From contig OZ218951.1 of NCBI GenBank assembly GCA_965112735.1, forward strand, positions 3,658,001 through 3,722,000: 64,000 bases of DNA. The letters are read 5' to 3'. Shown here piece after piece: positions 54,374-64,000 of this stretch. The translations under genes were made by a program, and so were the position numbers. Positions within the stretch are counted from its first letter, which is position 1, and each line of letters opens with the position of its first letter. The DNA comes from Phaeosaccion multiseriatum. Taxonomy: Eukaryota > Protista > Ochrophyta, other classes. Under the pieces are notes generated by a model, which had not been told where the DNA came from, did no database searches, and saw only the letters and a list, made by a program, of their open reading frames with translations.

Positions 54374-56243
54374 ATGTCTGTTGTTCGAGTGGTGCGGTCG
54401 GCACTGGCTGCCGCGAGGGCTTCTCCACGGTATAGTGCGCCGCACCTGGGTGCTCTTTTAGTAGGAAGCGAGCAGCGCGATGGACGCCAAGGCGTTCTAT
54501 TGGCGGCCGCAGGCATGGCCGCTGCGCTCGGCGCAGGGCTCTCGTCCACCCAGTGCAAAAGTGAGTCGGGGGAGGGTAGCATCAGCAGTAGCAGCAGCAG
54601 CGCCAGCAGCGCCGGCACCAGCAGTACACCAGCAGCTGCAGGTCTGACCAGGGAGGACTCTCGCTCCGCCATGTGGCCAAGTAAGGAGCGTCCCAAAGCA
54701 GGGGGGCTCAAGATATTTAGCGGTCAGGTGAGTTGGATTCAGAGGTGCCAGCAGGGGGGCAATGGCGTGAGCATTAGAAAAGGATATTTCTCCACACTCC
54801 CTCTTCACGTGACTGTCTTCCGGTTTTCCTCAGCTGCAGCTTCGCTCAAGAGAGCAACATCTGGGGTGGAGAGCACCTTTTTAATGAATTGAATGCCCTT
54901 TCTCCGCAGGCCAATCCACTCCTCGCGAAAGAGATTGCGTCCTACCTTGGGATCAATCTCGGCAAGCTGGCCGTCTCCCGTTTTGCGGATGGTGAGGTGA
55001 ACGTCATGGTGGGCGAGAATGTGCGAGGCAAGGACGTCTACATCGTGCAGCCAACACACATGCCCGTGAACGAGAACTTGGTGGAGTTGCTTTTACTGGT
55101 AAGCTCGCAGTCTTTCGGCAGGGGAACCATTGCACACTCTCAAGAGAAAGTCGCACCTCATTTACGTCCGTTCCTTTGGCCTTGCCCTCCCTCTCCTCCA
55201 TGTCAGATATCCACCATGAGGCGAGCTTCGGCTCGACGAATCACTGCAGTGATTCCGTACTACGGATATGCTCGCCAAGACAGAAAAATGACAGCGCGGG
55301 TACCTATTTCTGCAGCTGATGTGGCCCGACTAATGGAGGCGATGGGAGTCGATAGAGTCGTAGCGGTAGATTTGCACTGTGGTCAGATCCAGGGCTTCTT
55401 CGGGCCGCGCGTGCCAGTAGACAACCTCGACGGTGGAATAATTGGCGTAGGCTACTTTGGGGATAAGGATCTCCACAATCCTGTCGTGGTGAGCCCAGAT
55501 GCCGGTGGCGTCTATCGAGCCAAGAAGTTCCGAGAGGTGAGCGTGGGGCGAGAAGCAAGCACAGCGAGCCTGCCCCTCTTCGCCCCCTCTTTCTCATCGT
55601 CTCTTGCTCGTCTCTCTCCCTCTGTGGGTGCCCATGACAGGGGCTACTTCACAAGTACGAGGTGGATGCGGGGCTGGCCATGATTATCAAGCAGCGCGCC
55701 AAGGCCAATGAAGTGGAGAAGATGGACCTTGTGGGAAATGTAAAGGACGGTGATTGCATCATTGTGGATGACATGATTGACACTGCAGGCACTCTGTGCA
55801 AGGCAGCTGAGGTGCTGAAGGAGCAGGGAGCGAGAAGGTGAGATCAACACGCCTCGTCTCGACCTCTCACACTCAGTCAGCGCGGAATGGGTTACGTACC
55901 AAGGTGCTCACCATGAATCTTCTCAATTGCGTCCATGACAGGGTGTTCGCTTTCGCTTCGCACGGCCTCTTCAACGGGCCGGCCAACAAACGATTGGAAG
56001 AAAGCGCCCTGACGGAGGTGAGCACATGATGCCGTAAGACACCCATCGCCAGCCACAGGACGCTCACGACTTTTTCCTCTTCCGTCCTGTCCTGTCTTGC
56101 AGGTCGTGGTTCTCAACACCATCCCATTGAGCGAGGAGTGCGCGAAGAACGACAAGATTGTGCAGCTCTCTGTGGCACACCTCGTCGCCCAAGCCGTCTT
56201 CAACATCCACAACAAGAAGTCCATAAGCGCGTTGTTCAAATGA
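54374..56243 (+). CDS. PRS: Ribose-phosphate pyrophosphokinase (PRPP synthetase, class I) with a mitochondrial-type presequence
   Basis: FADGEV, ENVRGKDVYIVQ, PYYGYARQDRK, VDLHCGQIQGFF, VSPDAGG and IVDDMIDTAGTL. Confidence 0.95.
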
Positions 56244-56356
56244 GGGCCAGTTTCAGTTTCAGCTCGCTGGCCAGCGAAGAACCAACTGCTAAAGATCGAG
56301 TAATTTTTTTTCCCTCTTCTCCCCATTTCCCTCGTACTGATGAAGTACATCCCCAC

Positions 56357-59300
56357 ATGAGGGAGCCTCAGCCCTGGAAGGGTACAGTAGGGCTACTGCT
56401 AGTATTGTTGCTGTCTGTGGCTCTGAATTGGAGGCGTAGGGTCCTTTGTGACGCACAAGAGGATGGCGATTGGGGTGGATCTGCGCCGCGGAACGTCTCT
56501 GTTCCTCGTCGGTTGTCTGTGATTGCTACGGTTGGCCCCGCGCTCCGGGATCCTCTGTTTCGTCTGGCTGAATGCGATGCCGTCCCGAGAGATGTTGTCC
56601 AGAAAGGGGTTCCGGGGGGTGTGATCCCGGCGGGCGATGCCTCAAATGCCACGGCCCTGTTAGTCTCTGAGAATGCGCCGCAGGGGCGCTGCTGTCTGTT
56701 TCCCCGAAAGGAGGACAGTGACGCTTCACTCGACTTGGTCTCCAGGAAGAACGCGTTGCAAAGCCGCTTGAACTCCGGCTTGGTGGATTTGTTTTGCCTG
56801 CCAACGTTCATCGTTGCAGGGACCCAGAAGAGTGGGACGACTGCGCTGGCTGCGGTACTGGCGAGGCACCCACGAATTAAAATGGCGGCGCGCAAGGAGC
56901 TGCACTTTTTCGACAAGTAAGGGGATTGATTCCAGTACAAGTGCATGCCCCTGGTGCCTCCTCTCCCCAGCGAGACCCAAAGCTAAGCAACCCGCAATTC
57001 GCCAGAATGCCCTGTTCTCAGTGCAACGATGCCAAGACTGGCACTCGAGGGGCTGGGCCAGCAAGAGATATGGTCTTTTCTCCAGAAGCTAAGACCCAAT
57101 TGATGGGATACTACTCGAGAATGTTTCCCGAGCACACAGGCTTTACCCTGTCACCGTCAATGGACGAACGGAAGGTGGCCCAGGTGAGAGAGATGAGAAT
57201 GGCGCATACATACATATGTCTGCGTAGGGATTACGTGCAATGCTCTAACACTTTTCCCTCACGAGCAGCTGCACTTGGATTCGCGAAGCTTCGTTGCTGG
57301 GGAGGCGACACCGTTCTACTTGGCCAGTCCGGTAGCATGCCGAAATATAGCAGCCCTCATCCCAGACGTTCGGTTGGTGGTGCTCATCAGGTATGAAATG
57401 AAATGCATGACATCTGGCGGGAGAGAGCGCAGAGTGTGCTCGCATATTTATATTCTGTGCTTGTTTCCCCCCGTCCCCAACGGCGAAATATGCCCTGGCC
57501 TTTCTGAAACAACACTCCAAGGGACCCCGTCGAACGGGCGTACTCAGAGTACCAAATGAAGCTGCGGCGAGTGGAGGACCAACATAGATTTATAGACGCA
57601 ATGTCCAGGCCTGAGACCGCTCGGCAGATGCGAACATGCCTCCAGTCGCTCGCAAGTGCGTCTGCCTCAACAAAGCAGAAGGGGCTGGGTCCGGAATGGG
57701 CCAAGGATGTCACCGTATGTGCAGGTAGGTGGATCAGTGACTGGAATGAGATTTCATCATCTCTGGAGTGGCACGTACTACTCTACGAATCATAACACCT
57801 CTTTTTTCTCTGCCTTGTCCAATGCACAGGGGATGTGGCCAATATGCCAAAGTGGACAGAGTTCCTCGGGCCCGTGTTGATGTACGCTCGCAAATTGGCA
57901 ATCTTTGCAAAGGGTCATTTGAATGTCTCCTCGCAGACGGCAATCCATGCCACGCAGGTAGAATCCACGAGACTTATCCATTGGCTTGCTGGTGGTCCAC
58001 CTTTCTTGCTGACTTTCTCTCCATCCATCCATGGTCTTCGCATACGTGTCTGCTGTGCTGCTGCTCAGACGTACATCGCACAGACGTGCTTCCCGCAGGC
58101 CCTTGATTACTCCAAACCATCGTACAGGTGAGATACTTGTGGTGGAAGGGAAGGAAGCTCCCATGTTGTTCAAACTGTCCTGACATCCCCGGTAACTCAC
58201 CTGTGTCCCTGTGAATAGAGACGAGCGGATGAGGAGCGGGGCTTTCTCAGGCTGGGCAATGAAGAACAAGAAGGTGACAGTTCTACCGGATGGCTTTCAA
58301 GTCAACAGCAGCAGCCCGATTCTGAGCAACGGGACGTACACGTTCAACGAGTTCTGCTATACCCGCTTTGAGTCTCTTGCACCTCTAAAAAAGGTGATGG
58401 TTGGAGAGGTGAGCAACCAGCGCACGCAGTTTGTGCCGTTCGTACACGTACAATATTTGCTTCCGTAGCGCCTCCTTACAAGCAGGTCTGCCCTTGGTAT
58501 TCTCTAACCTGTGTGCTCTCTAGATGAAAGCCATGGCGTCGTGCTTCACAGCGGCGACTGCCAAGGCCCCCCCCGACGCCGACCCCCTCGACGTTTTTGA
58601 GAGAGAAATACCGCTGTGCATTTCGCCCACAGCCGGGATTTCTCAACAGTACATCTATCGTAGCCTCTACGGCATTCAGCTAAAACGCTGCCATAAGGTG
58701 GGTGGCACACTGAATGGACGACCGCCCCTCACTATCACAGTAAAAGCCTCACGCCAAAGCGCCTTCCTCTTTGGGCCCCACTCGATTGAGTAGTACATCC
58801 CCCAGGAACAGATTTTGGTCATGGAAAGTGACGACTTGAAGGACCGGTGAGTCGAAAAGCCCCCTTCTTCCGACGGGATGCGGCTGTACGTCGTATGTAT
58901 GTGGGGGGGGGGTGGGGGGGTAGGTGAGCCGCCCTCGTTTCCGCACGTCCTACAGGTGTCGGCATCTGTTCGCCGCTCACGCCACTCACTCAGAGGCAAC
59001 TCTTGCGACAGTATCAGAAGTTGACGCGTACGCTACCCCTTCTTGACGGACACCTCCTCTCCATCAATCAGGCCGGAGACGGCGTACCCCAGGATTCACG
59101 CGCACATAGGCGTTCACGACTTTGAGTACGGCACCGTCGATGAGTCCCTCATAGAGGTACGTTTGGCCGCCGGCCAGGCCAGTCTTTATACCCTCGCCAT
59201 GAAAGGTCGCGCACGTCTGAAAAACTGTTCTTGTCGCCGCCAGGAACAACTCGCACACATGTTCCCAGACTTTGGAAAGAAGACCGGTTGGAGACTGCAC

Positions 59301-59414
59301 AGCGAGTACCAGGGTCTGCTACCGCCAGATCTTGAGGAAGAGATGCGGCTCTTTTTCCGAAAGCACAACGAGATGCTAGCCCGCTACCTCGGAGTTACCC
59401 TGCCGTGGGGGTGA
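56357..59414 (+). CDS. Type II membrane PAPS sulfotransferase (heparan-sulfate 3-O/N-sulfotransferase-like)
   Basis: N-terminal TM; 5'-PSB GTQKSGTTAL, KELHFFD, GEATPFY, 3'-PB LIRDPVERAYS, YRSLY..QL and FFRKHNEML..LG...PW. Confidence 0.88.
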
Positions 59415-59567
59415 TGGTGGTCTGTGAGCCTCTTCCACCGCCGGAGAGAGCGGACGCGTGCTGCTCTGTTGCTCTGCCGCCCGCTGCTCTGCTCTGCTCT
59501 GCTCTACCAGGACGTCTGGCCAGGCGACGCCCTGCGCTAGACAACAAACACTCCTTGAGAAGAAGCC

Positions 59568-61143
59568 TCACCGCTGCGCCTCATCTTCTGGCGTTTCTTG
59601 CTCCCTTTCCTCCGTATCAGCACATTCTGCTGGGGCTTCGAGCTGCTCCAAAGTGCTGATGAGAAGCTCCTTCTCAGCTCGAAATTGGTCATCATCCTGA
59701 GTGTTATGGGACATTCGAGGGGGTTTCTGAGTGGATGCCCGCCTCTAAAATAGACGATGCCCACTCCCCCCACCCCCTCTCACGCTCGAAATTCTCCCGA
59801 GACTTACTTTGTCATTGTGGAACTTCTCCAGGTAGGTTGCAAGCTTCTCCCGATTGTTGATGAGGATTTTGGTAATGTCAGTGGGCTTCTTGGGGTTTGC
59901 CACGAACACTTTGAACACATGGAACGCCTCAAACTGAATGTGAGAGCTGTTGTCGCGCAGCAGATTCATCATCATCTTTAAATTGTCCTTGTTGCTGATA
60001 TACCTCATCATCACCTGAGACGAGAAGGGGGGTGGGGTGGGGGGGGGGGGGGGGCAGGGGGCAATGGGACATGACTGTTTTGTCGCAGCTTCAAAACTTA
60101 ACAAAGGTGCAAACCTTGAAGTTGTTGCGATCCAAAAGGAGCTCCCCGAGAAGCTTCAGACTCTGGCGGCGAGTCACGTAGTTGTCGCTCGACAAGAGCA
60201 TGTTATACTTGGAGAAAACGTCTTCAAATTTCTCCTGGCGAGCAGTAGCAGCACACGATAGGTAGATCATGCAAGTAAGAATACGAGTGGGGTTCTTGCC
60301 TTGAGGGAGAGAAGCCAAACTCACCTCAAGAAACGCTTTTGCTACTTCTTTATTGCGCGTGAGGAGCTCGCGAAAGGTGGCAAATGCATCGCTGCTATCA
60401 TCGAAGGTGGGCAGGTGTAGATACTGATCGAAGAACAGCCAGAAGGTTTCGTGGTAGAGAATTGATTTCGTCAAGAAATCCCATCGTATGCACTCGCGAA
60501 GCATCTGCGAGGGGTTGGCAAAGGAAGGTGAGCCAAGGTGAGTTAAGATGAGGGATGGGGGGAGAAGCTTGTGTGATAGCGGCACTTGCGGACACACCTG
60601 GCCGCATAGCAGAGCAATGTCTGGGTTTCCATACGCCCCAATCATGTTGGTAATCATCGTCCGATCCTTGTCCTCCCCCACGTAATGGGCGAATCGCTCA
60701 TATTTGCGCACCAAGTTGTTGAAAATCTGCAGCAAGGGAGGGATAGCACGCATTAAGGAGAGAGACACCGCCCTTCTAATCGCTCTAATGCTCAGCGCCG
60801 AGGCTGGCGCTTCAGACCTGCGCAACGTCTTTTCGTGCTTCAAACGGCACGGCTTGGAGGCCTCCGATCATACGCGGCATGACATCAGAGCTGACAATGG
60901 CGTCGCAAAGCTCGTCGCACTTCTCCTTCACAGCCTCTTCCTCTTCGCCGCCATACAGAATCTGATCAGGAGTAACCGAGAGGAACGTTTAGACCAAGGA
61001 CCCGACTGGGGGGAAGGAGCTCTACCAACCTGTTTCATTTGCACCAAGCGCTTCGACAGGGCCTCGTCATCGTGTGCATCCAAGGCCTGCCCCGCCAAGC
61101 GCACGAGAACGTCTGGGTTCTTCTTCTTCCGAAGCAACATCAT
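59568..61143 (-). CDS. MO25: MO25/CAB39 kinase scaffold
   Basis: [54 protein letters not shown] and [16 protein letters not shown]. Confidence 0.95.
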
Positions 61144-61212
61144 TTTCAAAGAAATGAGCTCAGGAAAATCGAAGAAGTATGTCAGCAGTTTTTATGTCAA
61201 GGAGGAAATTTT

Positions 61213-61850
61213 CTGTAATTTCACAATTTGTGGCACTTTTTACGTCCAATTATTACGCCCCATTAATTTTTTTTTACGGCAAATGACGACTTTTTTTACG
61301 ACGTTTGACGACGTTTGACGACGCTTTAGCCCCCTATTTGACGCCCTTTTACGCCCTTTTACGCCCTTTTACGCTCTTTGACGCCCTTTTATCTTTATTC
61401 GCCTTAATTTCGTCGAAAAAATATCACGTAAAAAAAATTCACGGAAGAGGGCGTAAAAGGGCGTAAAAGGGCGTAAAAGGGCGTAAAAGGGCGTCAAATA
61501 GGGGCGTAATTGGGCGTAAAAAGTGCCACTCAACCGCGAAATCACAGTACTTTGATTACTTTGACGACGTTTGACGACGTTTGACGACGCTTGAGCCCCC
61601 TGTTTGACGCTGTTTGACGCTGTTTGACGCCCTTTGACGCCCTTTTACTTAATTCGCCTTGATCCGTGATTCTTTTTTACGTGATTTTTTTCAGACGAAA
61701 TTAAGGCGAATTAAGATGCGTCAAACAGGGCTTTAAAGTGGGTAAAAAAGGGGTTCAAAAGTCGTCAAACGTCGTCAAAGTAATCGTCATTTGGCGCCAA
61801 AAAAAATTCACGGGGCGTCAAAAGTGCCACTCAACCGCGAAATCACAGTA
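61213..61850. mobile_element. Composite palindromic MITE pair with decamer subrepeats and ...CAG|TA ends (Tc1/mariner-like)
   Basis: The 31-bp end AAAAGTGCCACTCAACCGCGAAATCACAGTA occurs at 61519-61549 and 61820-61850, with a degenerate inverse at 61213-61241. Subrepeats are (TTTTACGCCC)n, (GGGCGTAAAA)n and (GACGACGTTT)n. The core at 61399-61453 is inverted at 61655-61710. Confidence 0.8.
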
Positions 61851-61873
61851 GAAGAAAAAAAAAGTGGAAGAAT

Positions 61874-64000
61874 TGTAGGAGCCACGACGACCATGGCATT
61901 GATTGGGAGGACGAGACTTTCGGCCCCAGGCGAGGTTTCTCTACCCACCACCCCCGATAATGACGATAACCAGAAGCCAGAGGCGGCTCGTGGCCGAAGG
62001 CCACCAGCAGAAGCCAGTCACCAGCGGGAAAGAGCGACAAGCCAGAAGCCAGAGGCGGCCTACGGCCGAAAGTGAGCCACCTGGGATGTGGGACAGACCA
62101 CACACCCCAGACAACCAACAAGCAAGGGGTATGTTCAGCGTGTATTAGCCTCGCTTATCTATCTCTCAATTCCTATCTATCCTCCTCCCGCGACATGCCG
62201 TTCATATGAGGTGCGCATTCCCCAACTGGCGACAATCCGGATTCGAACATACCAAACACCTTTGAGACTCCACAACTTCCCCCCCCCAAGACCGAGGCCA
62301 ACCAGCCAAGGACTGAGAAAACTGTGGGGCGAAAAGGAGCAGCTCACACACAAACCTCTAATAGAACTAGAGCAAACCAATGGGGAAAGAAACAAAGTCC
62401 AAAACCCCATGCATCTAGCAGCGCAAAGCAGCAAAGCATCCACATTCCAAAGCGTAGCACCAACTTCTTCAGCAAACAAAAGAAAATAACGGTGTGACAC
62501 AACACCAAAAAGAAAAAAATGAGAACAACCACATACTAACCGACCCGTACCCGTTGTGCACACAGCGAGCTGAAGCATGAATACCGATCAATGCCAACCC
62601 CCCAAGTCGTAGCGCCAGCAGTGTTGCCTCCAAAAGAAAATCAAGCTCTCGAGTGCCAGAAGAGTTGATCAGACCCTTCGCAATAAGCAGCAGTAGCAGT
62701 AGCAGCAATCCCATAAATAAAGCAAACCAAATCCCAAATGCGTGCAGCGAATCCTCGTCTCAAATGTGTGTCACCAAAGGACGGCAATACCTCCAAACAA
62801 AGCCACAAGCAGGGCAGCATAATCCAATTTCCATAGCAAGCACCAAGTAACCAGCTCCAGCAGCATCCATGCGGCATAGACAGCGCGAAAAGACTGCGCA
62901 ATCCGCTGGTTGCAAGGCTAGCATAAGCAGCAAAGCGCGTCCAATCCAGCAAATTCAAATTCTTTTTGGAATCACAGATCCAAAAATGTCCATATAACCA
63001 ACCCCTGTAGAAAAGCCGAAAATGCCCTCACAGAAGCACTCATGTTTTCCACTCCAAGCTCCTCGAACATCAACTCGTAGAAGCTATCCTTCAGCATACG
63101 CCGTACCAAGACCACTCCGCTGCGATTCCAATCGTCCGCCGCGAACTTCCGCTGTACCAGCTGAACAATACAACGAATGCAAAACACCTCGGTGCTGCGG
63201 TCCCGAAAAGCGAACAAGTCCAATATCTCAAGCTCTGCTGCACCAATCCATCGACCACCGAGCACGATAGCAAGAGGATAATCCATCCCTACTGCCGCAA
63301 GTAAGTCGCGCAAGCACAGCAAACCACAAGCCCTTTTCTCTCCTATTGCCCACGTTCACACCGCTCACGAGCCCCAACGCCGAAAAATCCATCACCTGCT
63401 CCTCTGCATCACAGGCAGGCCCCAAACCCCACTCCATAGCTATTGTGAACGACCAAACGGCATGCCTCCGCCTTCCATGGCAGATAAGTAGCCACACTGC
63501 TCAAATGCCCCAATTCCCTTCAGCACCGGACGACGGGCATCTCCGCACACCCCGTAGATGGCCACCAAATGCTGCTGTACCTCCCGAAATGCAAACACCT
63601 TACACTCCCAATGCCGCCTTCCAATTCCCAATGCCCCCCTTGCATGCTGCACCCCTCCTGTCGCTCGTCGCTTCGCTGTTCTGGCCACAGGTTCAATATC
63701 CGCTTCACATGCAAACTCGAGGCGACAACCACCATCAAAGTGCTCCCCGGTTCCTTCCAACAGCCCGAATAGCTGCCTTCGTATCCATGCTGTCACCGCT
63801 GATGCTCGTACTAACTGCCTTGCTGTAGCTGCTTGTCCTGAGAGCCCAATTGCACCACTGCTGCCGTCCTTCTCTCGCGCAAAAACTCTCCAGGGGCGAG
63901 GAAGATGAACACAATGCCACCTTCCGGCTATCCTTTTGCGACTAATGCACTCACTCCCACTACCCCCGCTGGCCGTGCTCCCGTGCGGACCGTGTGCATC
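61874..64000 (+). mobile_element. Degenerate LTR retrotransposon 5' end (putative LTR, PBS and decayed gag)
   Basis: ...TCCCCA-AC-TGGCGACAATCCGGATTCGAAC, a PBS at 62227-62248 complementary to a tRNA 3' end. Downstream lies A/C-rich broken coding sequence (e.g. AKHLGAAVPKSEQVQYLK). The left LTR boundary is uncertain. Confidence 0.55.

Noticed and set aside
61340-61500. Decamer arrays as a CRISPR array or telomere
   Set aside because: There are no unique spacers, the context is eukaryotic, and the arrays are inverted arms inside a TIR element.
62180-62300. tRNA gene on the minus strand (GTTCGAATCC)
   Set aside because: Only the 3' 22 nt are tRNA-like, with an encoded CCA and no D or anticodon arms, so it is better explained as a PBS.

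Overview
Gene-dense, intron-rich nuclear DNA from a photosynthetic stramenopile (ochrophyte alga), inferred from signal peptides followed by ASAFAP-like cleavage motifs on psaR, petC, lysyl-tRNA synthetase, THF1 and Mfd. I assembled about 21 spliced genes by hand: DNAJC3, a SAM-type mitochondrial carrier, DHODH, PRMT1, an L-type lectin, Mfd, psaR, OSCP1, a small TM orphan, a PH/NPF endocytic-type protein, a TMEM185-like protein, cytosolic ACCase, ABT1/ESF2, a GBP2-like 3xRRM protein, condensin CAP-H, a secreted GMC oxidoreductase, petC, LysRS, THF1, PRPP synthetase, a sulfotransferase and MO25. Many form short head-to-head pairs that share a compartment. Accessory DNA includes several MITE/foldback elements (two apparently related), a decayed PHD-finger gene, a minisatellite-filled intron, an orphan ORF and a degenerate LTR retrotransposon with a tRNA-Arg-like primer-binding site. 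The most notable observations are a plastid LysRS with a C-terminal WHEP-like domain, a candidate GA-AG intron and frequent AAG splice acceptors. Gene coordinates are outer spans, from start to stop including introns, and were derived manually.
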